A program made the translations under genes and the position numbers. From an uncultured delta proteobacterium (GTDB lineage: Bacteria > Desulfobacterota > Binatia > UBA9968): DNA of 64,000 bases. Under the pieces are notes generated by a model. That model was not told where the DNA came from, made no database searches, and was given only the letters and a program-made list of their open reading frames with translations. The stretch covers positions 320,001 to 384,000 of the forward strand of contig CAVXEP010000012.1 of the NCBI GenBank assembly GCA_963760795.1, in the 5' to 3' direction. Positions within the stretch are counted from its first letter, which is position 1; each line of letters begins with the position of its first letter. Shown here piece after piece: positions 1 to 9,339 of the stretch.

Positions 1-1970
1 ATGTTCGCCACCTGCCTCTGCAAATTAGCCATCATGCCGCGCACATGGAGCGCGTCGGAAGAGCGCTCGTCCCATGGCTTCATACGGACGAAAATCGTCC
101 CGAAATTGGGTTGATAGGTGCTCGTGACCACGCCGTAGCCGCCAATGGTCGTGAAAGAGTCAACGCCTTCGGTTTTGCTCAAGATCTGCTCGACCTGGGA
201 TAGCACCCTACCCGTGCGTTCGAGAGACGCCGCGGGCGGCAAGGTGACGTTGACCCCGAAGAGTCCTTGGTCTTCTTCTGGGATGAACCCCGCCGGCAGC
301 GCGCTGCCGAAAAGGCCGGCGCCGACGGCCACCGCGGCGACGATGACAATGGTAAGTATCGACCGTCGCACCAGCAATTGTACGACGCCCATGTATGAGT
401 TCGTGGTGCGATCGAATACGCGGTTGAACCAGCCGAAGAATTTTCCCAGCGGCCCCCTGGCCGGGCCGTGGTGCGCCTTGAGCAGCATGGCGCAGAGCGC
501 CGGCGCAAGCGACAACGCGGCGAAAGCCGAGAGCAACACCGAAATCGCGATGGTCAAGGCGAATTGCTTGTACATCTGTCCGGTGAGACCGCCGACGAAA
601 GCGACCGGCACGAAGACCGCCGAGAGAATAAGCGCGATGCCGACAACCGGAGCTGAGACTTCCTTCATCGCTTGGATGGTCGCTTCCTTCGGGTTCAACC
701 CATGCTCGATGTGGTGCATCACGGCTTCGACCACGACGATGGCGTCGTCGACGACAATGCCGATGGCGAGCACCAGGCCGAACATCGAGAGAGTGTTCAC
801 CGAGAAGCCGAGCATCGGGAAAAAAATGAACGTGCCGATCAGCGACACGGGCACGGTCAGTAGCGGAATGATCGTCGCGCGCAGGTTTTGCAGAAAGATA
901 AAAACCACCAGTGTCACCAAGATGATCGCCTCGATGAAGGTATGTACGATGCCTTCGATGGAGGCATTGACCGCCGGTGTGGTGTCATAGACGATCTTGT
1001 AGTCCATGTCCGGCGGAAACAGCGCTTTACCCTGGCGCAGGGTCTCGTAGATCGCTTCGGACGCCTTGAGTTGATTTGCCCCTGGCAACAGATAGACGGC
1101 CATCGTGCCGGATGGCTTGCCGTCGAGCCGTCCGAAGGAGTCGTAGTTCTGCGAGCCTAACTCGGCACGTCCGACGTCCTTGACGCGGATCTGCGCGCCG
1201 GTGGCAGTCTCGCGGATGATGATGTTTTCGAATTCGTCGGCATTCACCAATCGCCCGGGGGCGCTCACCGTGTAAGTAAATTCCTGGTCTTTCGGTGACG
1301 GCGCGGCGCCGACGCGCCCGGCCGGGGCTTGCAAGTTCTGCTCTTTGATTGCGTTGATCACATCGGCAGGTGTGAGCGCGAGTTTCGCCAATTTGTCGGG
1401 GCGCAGCCAAATGCGCATGCCATAATCCGCGCCGCCGAAAAGATCGACCTGGGCAATGCCGGGTATGCGCAGCAGCTGATCGCGCAGGTTGATGCCGGAA
1501 TAGTTAATCAAAAAGTTCGCATCGTAGCTCCCTTTGGGCGAGTAGATAGAGATGAGCATCAGAATGCTCGGGCTCTGCTTTTTGACCGTGACACCCTGCT
1601 GGACCACCTCCTGCGGCAGTCGCGCCTGAGCCGACGAGACCCGGTTTTGCGTCAGCACGTTGGCCGTGTCCTGGTCGACGCCGACTTCGAAGTTGACATC
1701 GAGCTGCATGCGGCCGTCGCTGGTGTTCGACGACTTCATGTAAATCATCCTGTCGACGCCGTTGACTTCCTGCTCGATCGGCGTCGCCACCGATTGTTCC
1801 ACCGCCACCGCGGAAGCGCCCGGGTAGGTCGCCGTGACTCGAATCGAAGGCGGCGCCAGGAATGGGTACTGCTCGATGGAGAGACCGGTGAGGCTGAACA
1901 GTCCCATCAAAACTAGCAGGATCGAAATGACGATAGCGACGATGGGCCGGCGGATGAAAAAGTTTGCCAT
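1..1970 (-). CDS. RND efflux transporter permease (HAE1/AcrB family), runs off the window's left edge
   Basis: ATG at 1970 reads MANFFIRRPIVAIVISILLV. Later motifs are AVEQSVATPIEQEVNGVD and LAIGIVVDDAIVVVEAV. It lies directly downstream of the MFP gene. Confidence 0.93.
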   Translation of the reverse strand, partial: MANFFIRRPIVAIVISILLVLMGLFSLTGLSIEQYPFLAPPSIRVTATYPGASAVAVEQSVATPIEQEVNGVDRMIYMKSSNTSDGRMQLDVNFEVGVDQDTANVLTQNRVSSAQARLPQEVVQQGVTVKKQSPSILMLISIYSPKGSYDANFLINYSGINLRDQLLRIPGIAQVDLFGGADYGMRIWLRPDKLAKLALTPADVINAIKEQNLQAPAGRVGAAPSPKDQEFTYTVSAPGRLVNADEFENIIIRETATGAQIRVKDVGRAELGSQNYDSFGRLDGKPSGTMAVYLLPGANQLKASEAIYETLRQGKALFPPDMDYKIVYDTTPAVNASIEGIVHTFIEAIILVTLVVFIFLQNLRATIIPLLTVPVSLIGTFIFFPMLGFSVNTLSMFGLVLAIGIVVDDAIVVVEAVMHHIEHGLNPKEATIQAMKEVSAPVVGIALILSAVFVPVAFVGGLTGQMYKQFALTIAISVLLSAFAALSLAPALCAMLLKAHHGPARGPLGKFFGWFNRVFDRTTNSYMGVVQLLVRRSILTIVIVAAVAVGAGLFGSALPAGFIPEEDQGLFGVNVTLPPAASLERTGRVLSQVEQILSKTEGVDSFTTIGGYGVVTSTYQPNFGTIFVRMKPWDERSSDALHVRGMMANLQRQVAN

Positions 1971-1973
1971 GGC

Positions 1974-3215
1974 CTATTTTCCCCCCGCTCCCTTGGCCTT
2001 GCTCTCGGCCGGCGGCGCACTTGCGGGAGGCGCACTTGCCGGCGGCGAAGGTGCTTCTTCGAGCTTCACCGTCTTGGCGCTGACCTGCACCCCCGGCTTC
2101 ACTTTTTGCAGCCCTTCCACGATGACCTTTTCGCCCGGCTTCACTCCCGAATCGATGACCCAGAGATTGCCGACCCGTTCGCCGGCTTTGACCATGCGCT
2201 GCTCCACAGTATTGTCCGGCTTTACGACCATGACGTTGTAGAGCCCTTGAATCTCCTGCACCGCGAGTTGAGGCACAAGCAGGGCGTCTTCCTTGAGATC
2301 GGTTACGAACCGGGCTTTCCCATACTGGCCCGGGCGTAAAATGAGCTGGGGATTGGGAAAGCTGAACTGCCCGGTCAGGGTGCCGGTGGCAGCGTCCACG
2401 GCCCGCTCAATCGCATCGAGACGACCTTTGTGGGCAAAAACGGTTCCGTCCGCAAGGATCAGCTCGACGCCGAATTTTTTCTCGAGGGACTTATCTTTAC
2501 CACCGGCGCTCGCCCGCGCGAGTCTTAGATATTCCGCCTCGGCGATCGCGCAGCGGAACAGGATCGGGTTGACCTGCGAGATGGTGTTGAGCAGGGTATT
2601 TTCACCGCGCCCGACCAAGGCGCCGACTTTCTTCTGCGTCGTCCCGATAAGCCCGTCAACCGGCGAGGTAACTGTCGTGTAAAGGAGTTCGAGTTTGGCT
2701 TTCGCAACCACCGCATCGTAAGCTGTAACCTGAAAGCGAGCGGCATCTTGCGCGGACAACGCATTGTCCAATTCCTGTTGACTAACGGCCTTCTGCGCGG
2801 CCAGCGGTTTATATCGGGCGACATCGTTATTGGTTTTATCCAGTCGCGACTGAGCCGTCGACAGGTTGGCCTGGGCTTGAGCCAATGCCGCCTCAAGCTG
2901 CTGCGGGTCAATCTTGTAGAGCAGTTGTCCTTTCTTAACGAATGAACCCTCGGTGAAGTTAACGGAAGCAAGGTAACCTTCCACGCGCGCGCGGATCTCT
3001 ACGTCCTCCGAACCCAGCGTGGCGCCGACAAGCTCGATGTAAATCGGCACGTCTTTTTGCACGACTGCGGCTACCTGAACCTCTGGCGGAGGAGGCGGCG
3101 GGGGCGGCTCTTTTTTTGAGCAGGCAACGGTAGCCGCTAGAACAAGGCAAGTGATAAGAGTCGCCAGCAGCCCCGCAGATCGCTCTCGACTCAACCCAGC
3201 ATCAAGACAAATCAC
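1974..3215 (-). CDS. RND efflux periplasmic adaptor (membrane fusion protein), lipoprotein
   Basis: Lipobox-like TVAC, then VEIRARVEGYL, the GSFVKKGQLLYKID lipoyl-like motif and LRPGQYGKARF. Confidence 0.92.
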   Translation of the reverse strand: MICLDAGLSRERSAGLLATLITCLVLAATVACSKKEPPPPPPPPEVQVAAVVQKDVPIYIELVGATLGSEDVEIRARVEGYLASVNFTEGSFVKKGQLLYKIDPQQLEAALAQAQANLSTAQSRLDKTNNDVARYKPLAAQKAVSQQELDNALSAQDAARFQVTAYDAVVAKAKLELLYTTVTSPVDGLIGTTQKKVGALVGRGENTLLNTISQVNPILFRCAIAEAEYLRLARASAGGKDKSLEKKFGVELILADGTVFAHKGRLDAIERAVDAATGTLTGQFSFPNPQLILRPGQYGKARFVTDLKEDALLVPQLAVQEIQGLYNVMVVKPDNTVEQRMVKAGERVGNLWVIDSGVKPGEKVIVEGLQKVKPGVQVSAKTVKLEEAPSPPASAPPASAPPAESKAKGAGGK

Positions 3216-3380
3216 GATATCCCCCCAAACTTTCTATGCGCTGATTGCTCAATTGTTTCCTGACATTCGTCAGCGGATTTCGGTCGCGCAAAAGTGCCGC
3301 TATCAGCTTCACTAAGCATACGTGAGCGACCAACCTGGTCAACCGTAAATCTTAATTATCAAAACGTCGCGATCCCGTAC

Positions 3381-3398
3381 ATTGGACCTTAGTCCAAT
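3381..3398. promoter_or_regulatory. Palindromic operator copy 1 (ATTGGACCTTAGTCCAAT)
   Basis: Perfect 7-4-7 inverted repeat upstream of the MFP/RND operon. The motif recurs six times in the window. Confidence 0.8.
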
Positions 3399-3550
3399 GA
3401 TGGCGCGTACGTGAACTAGCGTTTAGGTGGTCGGGAAAGTTCTATTCCATCAATCCATCCTGTGCAACATCTCGCGCCGGTAATCGTGGCGCTACCGATC
3501 GGTGCGGTCGCGTCAATGATGGCAATGCCATTCTGCCTCCGATAAAATTT

Positions 3551-4981
3551 TTACAGCAGCGGGAAATCGTAGTTAAGAATAAATCGATAATCGTGCTGGC
3601 TGTCTTTGGGGCCTTGATACTGATGCACCCGGGAGTAACGGAATCGCCACGAGAATCCTTTGAGAAAACTCCACTTGGGACGCCATTGGAAATCGGCGTT
3701 AAATTCGTTTTGATCTGCGACGCCGGCTTTTGTCAATGGATCGACTCTGCCCCAGCCATGAACGAAAAGTGCGTAGGCGGACACCCCTTCCAGACCAAGA
3801 CGAGAGAAGTCGTAAGATAACTTGGTGACGACTGCTTGTTCTTCCGCCCGATTGAAATCCTGTACCTGGCTGCTGGTGTAACCCGGATAGCCGCTCCAGG
3901 GGTTTTGCATGTCATCGCTACGTAATGTGTTCGTGTAACCGAGCGTGAAAACCGCGCTTTTATAACTCACGTCGCTCTTCACGCCGACCTGATTGGTGAT
4001 AAACGAACGGCCATTAAGTTCCTTCCTCACACTGCGCTGGTCCGCCACCTGAAAAGCCATCAACGCGCCGAGCTCCTTGGTGATGGGCAAGCTGTACTTG
4101 GTCTCGGTGTAGAAAATATTGATGATGTCGTTCGAATAGTAGTTGACGGCGCCAAGGGAAAATTTCCCGTAGGTAAATGTGCCGCCAGCCACCGCGACGC
4201 CGCGCTTCACGTCGGCGCCGGCGTCCTTCGACATCCAGACGAAGTCATCCGAGTTGCGCTCTTTGATCTTGGTGATGTAGCCGCCGCCGTAGCGGAATCC
4301 CGGCGCGCCGTCCTTGCCGCCAAAATTTCCCTGCAGTGTGTAACCCTCAAACGTGTTGGGGCTCATCCGAGCGTCGTTCTTGCCGATAAACGGCGTGTCG
4401 TATTCGTAGCGGTAGAGATTGACGACATGATCTTCAAAGAGCTTCACCCGCGCGTAGAGCTGGCCCAGCACGCTGAATATCCATGCTGGCCCGGCTTGAG
4501 CAATAGCGTGCCGTCCTTCTCCTGCGGGCCATAGAGATTTTCTGACCAATAGAAGAGTTGTGCCGACCATCACCCGGTCGAGCAGCCAGCCGGATTTGTA
4601 CGCCAGCGCGCCGCCCATCGCCCAAGCCGCGCTGACGCTGTTGTCGAAATTGTCGCGGCTGAAGTAAAAGCTGCGCAGATTGAGGTCGAGCTCGGTATCG
4701 CGAAAAAACGCCGGGGTGTCCTTTAATTCCTCCTTGAGCCAGGGAAAAAATCCTGGTCGGCGAATTCGTTCCCTGAAGGAGCGCTCGATGGGCGTAATAA
4801 TTTCATCGACTGAAGTCGGCGTCGGCTCTTCTTGCGAGATCACGTCCTGGGCCCAGCTCCGTGCAGCCGAGCCGAACAGCAGGAACAGTATCAGCGCTAT
4901 CGTTAACATCACAAACATCGCGCGCGGCGCTAGCCGGCGCCCAATCGGGGAAACCATCAATGGACCTTTTTGCTCATTCAT
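3551..4981 (-). CDS. OprD-family outer membrane porin (contains a short compensated frameshift segment)
   Basis: Signal peptide, LDLNLRSFYF, NDARMSPNTFEG, QDFNRAEEQA and C-terminal YRFILNYDFPLL. GGAGGTG RBS. Confidence 0.8.
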   Translation of the reverse strand: MNEQKGPLMVSPIGRRLAPRAMFVMLTIALILFLLFGSAARSWAQDVISQEEPTPTSVDEIITPIERSFRERIRRPGFFPWLKEELKDTPAFFRDTELDLNLRSFYFSRDNFDNSVSAAWAMGGALAYKSGWLLDRVMVGTTLLLVRKSLWPAGEGRHAIAQAGPAWIFSVLGQLYARVKLFEDHVVNLYRYEYDTPFIGKNDARMSPNTFEGYTLQGNFGGKDGAPGFRYGGGYITKIKERNSDDFVWMSKDAGADVKRGVAVAGGTFTYGKFSLGAVNYYSNDIINIFYTETKYSLPITKELGALMAFQVADQRSVRKELNGRSFITNQVGVKSDVSYKSAVFTLGYTNTLRSDDMQNPWSGYPGYTSSQVQDFNRAEEQAVVTKLSYDFSRLGLEGVSAYALFVHGWGRVDPLTKAGVADQNEFNADFQWRPKWSFLKGFSWRFRYSRVHQYQGPKDSQHDYRFILNYDFPLL

Positions 4982-5014
4982 GACTCACCTCCAACAAATT
5001 GGATTACTCGACCT

Positions 5015-5824
5015 CTAATAACCACGATCTTCCCAGACCAAGGGCGGACTCTGCCAATCGAATCGGATCGCGAAAACACGCAAAAAAAATGTCGTGGCAA
5101 TCGCCATCAGCGCGGCGGCTTGAACCTCCATGCGCACCCAGTAGACCAGTGAGACAAACAGCGCCGAGCCGACTACCGCCGCCAGGGCGTAAAACTGGCC
5201 AGGCTTGAATAACAGTGGAACTTCCCGGGTGAGCACATCCCGCAACAACCCGCCGCCGACCGCATTGACGGCGCCGACGAGAATCGCCGAACCGATCGGC
5301 AGTCCCCGATCCAGTGATTTCTGCGCGCCGACGACCGCGTAAATGCCCAGGCCGAGGGCATCCACCAGAGATAAGGTTAAACCGTATGTCTTTGCCAGGT
5401 GCTGCTCTAGATTGATTCGTTCGAAAATACTTTTTTGACCGGACCCGGCTTGCGGACCGCTCGACCGCGGCGGCAATTTGTCTGTCGATGAGCCCATTTC
5501 ACTTTGAGGCATTGGCACGACGCTAAGGATGCGCCGGACCGCGGGTACGAAGCGGCCGATCAATATTGTCAAAAAAACCGCCAACGTGACCAGAGGCAAA
5601 TAATAAACTTCGGTGATCGCCACCGGCGGGCCCGAGGAGATAAAAACTCCATCCCGAACCAGGCCGCCGCCTAAGGCTGTGGCAAACGCCAGGGCAAAAA
5701 CTCCGATGATATCGTAACGGCGCCGCATGCCGGCTAATGCACCGGTAATCGCAAACAAGAATGTTGCCGTCAAATCGAAGGCCACCGGAAGATGAAATTC
5801 GCCGCTTAAAGTTATAGCGCGCAT
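5015..5824 (-). CDS. TRIC/UPF0126 (YadS-like) membrane protein
   Basis: Two repeats: FAITGALAG...ALGGGLVRD and DALGLGIYAVVGA...AVGGGLLRDVL. Confidence 0.85.
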   Translation of the reverse strand: MRAITLSGEFHLPVAFDLTATFLFAITGALAGMRRRYDIIGVFALAFATALGGGLVRDGVFISSGPPVAITEVYYLPLVTLAVFLTILIGRFVPAVRRILSVVPMPQSEMGSSTDKLPPRSSGPQAGSGQKSIFERINLEQHLAKTYGLTLSLVDALGLGIYAVVGAQKSLDRGLPIGSAILVGAVNAVGGGLLRDVLTREVPLLFKPGQFYALAAVVGSALFVSLVYWVRMEVQAAALMAIATTFFLRVFAIRFDWQSPPLVWEDRGY

Positions 5825-5828
5825 GGCC

Positions 5829-7535
5829 TCAGTTCCCCGCCGACATCAATGCGACGATGACCGGTCCCCAGGCCGTCAGCACAATGTTGCCGACGGCGTA
5901 AGGCACTGTGTAGCCCAAGGCGGGCAGCTTGCTCTGCGCCTCGTCCTGGATCGCGCGCAGCGCGGCGGTCATCGTGCCGGCCCCGGAGCAGGCGCCCAAG
6001 AGAATAACCGGATTCATCTTCAAGACGTAGCGGCCAAAGAGAATGGCCACGATGTGCGGCAGCAAGGCTGCCACGAAACCTACGAAGACGAGGCTGATGC
6101 CGGACTTCTGCAGGCCGGAAATAAAGCTCGGCCCCGCCGTCAAGCCGACCACGCCGATAAACACGCTCAAGCCAACCATGTCGAAAACCCACATCGCCGC
6201 CTCGGGAATGCGACCGAACGCCGGAAACACAGAGCGCAGCCAACCGAACACCAGTCCCATGATGAGAGCGCCGCCGCTGGCGGTGAGCGTGATTGGCAGT
6301 CCGGCGACATTCACAGTCAGGAGGCCGACCAGCCCGCCGAGCACGATGCCGGTGCCGACGAAAACCATGTCGGTCGCCGTGGTTGGCCAATCAGCGTAGC
6401 CGATTACGCCCACGGCTCGATCGACATCGCCTTTGGCGCCCAACAGGCCCAGTAAGTCACCGCGTTCAACCTGCATCGTCGGAGTAACGGGCATCTCCTG
6501 TCCGGCGCGCATGAGCTTACGCACAAAGACGCCGCGAAACTGCGTCCGCCAGGGCTCCGACTCGGCGAGTTCCCTAAGAGTTTTACCGACGAGCGCCTTA
6601 TTCGTCAGCACCACGTCCAAAATTTCCACGGGAAAATCGAGTAGCTCTTTGTCATCGACTTCGGGGCCGATGACCGTTCCGCGCCCGACCAGAACCTCTT
6701 CTCTGGCGGTTACCACGATTACGTCGTCGAGATGAACGACCGTGTCAGGACCAGCCTCGATGATCGCGCCGCCGCGACGGATGCGCTGAACAAAAACCCG
6801 AACATCCTTGGGCATGGCTTCAAGCGTGGCGACAGTCTGGTTGACGAGCTTTTCGTTGGCCACGCGGTAGGCGCGCACGCCGAAGGCGCGGGAGGCCGAG
6901 ATAATTCCGGGCTGCGCCTCCACTCCGCCCGACACCTGCGCCTGCATTTTCTTGGCCTCGTCCTTGAGATTTATTCCCATCAACTTCGGCCCAATGTTCG
7001 GCAGGAACCAAACAACCGCAGTGGTTCCGACAAGATAAGTGACCGCATAAGCAACTGGAATATTGTTCAGCAGTCGGGCTTTCTCTTCCGCCGAAATCGC
7101 CAGGCGATTGATCGCGTCGCCCGCCGTGCCGATCACAGTGGACTCGGTAAAAGCCCCAGCCAGCAGGCCGGCTGCCGTGCCGATGTCGTAGCCAAGAAAC
7201 TTCGCCGCGATGAACGCGGTAACGAGACAAGTGGTGCAGAGAACCAAGGTGAGCGCCAATTGCGACAGCGCATCTTTCTTGAGGCCGCGAAAAAATTGCG
7301 GACCGACTTTATAGCCGGTGGTAAATAGAAATAAATCGAAAAAGACCGTCTTTACGAGTGCCGGAACTTTGATGTCGAGCTGTCCGATGATAACGCCGGC
7401 GAACAGAGTGCCGACAACAGTTCCCAGGCTGAAGCCGCCGATCTTAATTTTACCGATAGAAAAGCCGATGGCGAGCGCGAGGAAGATCGCCAGCTCCGGA
7501 TTTTGCTGCAGGGCTTTGACGAAGTAGTCCATCAT
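5829..7535 (-). CDS. aspT: Aspartate:alanine exchanger family antiporter (AspT/YidE)
   Basis: NPELAIFLALAIG, GYKVGPQFF, central TrkA-C-like region and PALGYTVPYAVGN. Adjacent to aspD. Confidence 0.88.
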   Translation of the reverse strand: MMDYFVKALQQNPELAIFLALAIGFSIGKIKIGGFSLGTVVGTLFAGVIIGQLDIKVPALVKTVFFDLFLFTTGYKVGPQFFRGLKKDALSQLALTLVLCTTCLVTAFIAAKFLGYDIGTAAGLLAGAFTESTVIGTAGDAINRLAISAEEKARLLNNIPVAYAVTYLVGTTAVVWFLPNIGPKLMGINLKDEAKKMQAQVSGGVEAQPGIISASRAFGVRAYRVANEKLVNQTVATLEAMPKDVRVFVQRIRRGGAIIEAGPDTVVHLDDVIVVTAREEVLVGRGTVIGPEVDDKELLDFPVEILDVVLTNKALVGKTLRELAESEPWRTQFRGVFVRKLMRAGQEMPVTPTMQVERGDLLGLLGAKGDVDRAVGVIGYADWPTTATDMVFVGTGIVLGGLVGLLTVNVAGLPITLTASGGALIMGLVFGWLRSVFPAFGRIPEAAMWVFDMVGLSVFIGVVGLTAGPSFISGLQKSGISLVFVGFVAALLPHIVAILFGRYVLKMNPVILLGACSGAGTMTAALRAIQDEAQSKLPALGYTVPYAVGNIVLTAWGPVIVALMSAGN

Positions 7536-7651
7536 TGCTATCTCCTGGTCGTCATGGCCGCGTCATCTTCGCATCCATTTCCTCAACGGTTTTATGCCAA
7601 CGTTCTGTCGATCTACCTGGCACTCTCGCGCCCGCGATGGCGCTACTCAAG

Positions 7652-9295
7652 CTAGCGTTTCGCCTTGGGCGCCTTCCTGGCCCCGGCCGGCGCGACGCTC
7701 TTGCCCGTGGCTGCCTCATAGGCGAGGCGGTAGCCGCGCGCAATCGCGCGCACCGCCCGGCCGATGTCGTCGTAAACATGATCATCCAGGTTCGCGAACG
7801 ATATGCGCACCGACCAGTCCGGCGCGGCAAAGCCGCTGCCGTTGAGCAGCACGATGCCGTGGTCCTCGGCCAGCCGGAACACGATGTCGAGCGGATGGAC
7901 GTTGGCCTTCATCCACTTGACGGCATCTTCGCCCAGGTTCTTGCGGGCAAAGAACTCGAAGTCGATCAGGCCATAATAGTAGTCGAAGAGCGGGTTCTCG
8001 CCGACTTCGATGCCCAGCCCCTCGATGGTCGCCCTAACCCGGTTCTTGACGATGCCGATGCAGGCTTTCTGGTAGTCTTTTTTTTCGTCCATCAACTCGC
8101 TCAGCGAAAACAGCGTCATCATGACCTGCTGCGGTAGCGACAGTCCCGCCGTGTGATTGAGCGCGACGTCGCGGCTGTCGGCGACGATGCGGTCGATGAA
8201 CGCGATCTTGCGGGGCTCGAGCGACAGTCCGCCGTAGCGCTTGTCCAGCAGCTTCTTGATCGGCTCGGGATGCTTCGCGATCATTTCGTCGAAGATGTTG
8301 TCCTCGTGCACCGCGATCGTGCCCAGGCGCCAGCCGGTGCAGCCGAAGTACTTGCTATAGGAGTAGACGCCGATGGTGTTCCTGGGGAACTCGCCCATCA
8401 GCGAGCGGAAGCCGGGCACGAAGGTGCCGTAGACGTCGTCCGTCAGCAGGATCAGATCCGGCCGCTTCTTGAGCACGTCGCCGATCTTCTTGATTGTCTC
8501 GGGCGAGAGCGCCACGGCGTACGGGTTGCCCGGGTTGACGATAAAGAACGCCTTGACCTTCGGGTCGAGAAGCTTTTTGAGCTCTTCATCCGTGTATTGG
8601 AACCGGTTCTCCTGCGGCGCGGCGACCTCGACGAAATGGAGGTCGTAGTCCTCCAGATGCGCCATCTCGATATACGGGGTGAAGATCGGCACGCCGAGCG
8701 CGATCGTGTCGCCGGGGTTGATAATCCGGTTGCTCTTCAGCGACTTGAAAATGTAGCACATGGCGGCGGTGCCGCCCTCGACCGCGTAGAGCTTGAACGT
8801 GCCTTTCGGGTGAGGGTTTCCGCACATCGCCCACTGCAGGTACTCGTGGACGATCTGCTCGTTGTGCACCAGCATGCGGTCCGGCACCGGATAGTGGTCG
8901 CCGATGATGGAGTCCACCAGCTCGTGCACGAACTTGTCCGGGTCGAAGGCGAACTTCTTCACGGCCCACGGCACCATCGCCTGTAGAAAGGGCGCACCCG
9001 GCATGTCGTCGTGCTTGGTCAGCCAGGCTTCAAGCCGCGCGGCGATGCCCGCTGCCTTGGGCATGCCGCCCACGCCCGGCGGCAGGTCGAGCACGCGCTT
9101 GCTCTCCGTGACCGCGAACTGCCCGAGCAGGAAGAACGCCTCGCGCGGCTCGGTGGCGACCCAGTTTGGGTTGCCGCGACCGGCGTTCAGGTACGAGCTG
9201 GATGATTCCAGCGCGGCCTTCGTCGCCACCTTGGCGAGGAAGTCCTTGATCTCGAACGGGCCCAGCTTCTCGTATTGGGTAAAGTCGGTGGTCAT
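7652..9295 (-). CDS. aspD: Aspartate 4-decarboxylase (PLP, bifunctional aminotransferase)
   Basis: LNAGRGNPNW, EGGTAAMCYIF, YSYSKYFGCTGWRLG (PLP lysine) and ALNHTAGLSLPQQV. Confidence 0.93.
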   Translation of the reverse strand: MTTDFTQYEKLGPFEIKDFLAKVATKAALESSSSYLNAGRGNPNWVATEPREAFFLLGQFAVTESKRVLDLPPGVGGMPKAAGIAARLEAWLTKHDDMPGAPFLQAMVPWAVKKFAFDPDKFVHELVDSIIGDHYPVPDRMLVHNEQIVHEYLQWAMCGNPHPKGTFKLYAVEGGTAAMCYIFKSLKSNRIINPGDTIALGVPIFTPYIEMAHLEDYDLHFVEVAAPQENRFQYTDEELKKLLDPKVKAFFIVNPGNPYAVALSPETIKKIGDVLKKRPDLILLTDDVYGTFVPGFRSLMGEFPRNTIGVYSYSKYFGCTGWRLGTIAVHEDNIFDEMIAKHPEPIKKLLDKRYGGLSLEPRKIAFIDRIVADSRDVALNHTAGLSLPQQVMMTLFSLSELMDEKKDYQKACIGIVKNRVRATIEGLGIEVGENPLFDYYYGLIDFEFFARKNLGEDAVKWMKANVHPLDIVFRLAEDHGIVLLNGSGFAAPDWSVRISFANLDDHVYDDIGRAVRAIARGYRLAYEAATGKSVAPAGARKAPKAKR

Positions 9296-9339
9296 TGGTT
9301 TCTCCTCCTGTTATTTTTCATGTTAGAGAAATGTCCCCG

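Noticed and set aside
145-990. Long plus-strand ORFs (145..990, 8153..8986, 9295..10557, 11861..13135, 28609..29979, 39802..41043)
   Set aside because: Antisense shadows of well-supported minus-strand genes in GC-rich DNA, with no recognisable motifs.
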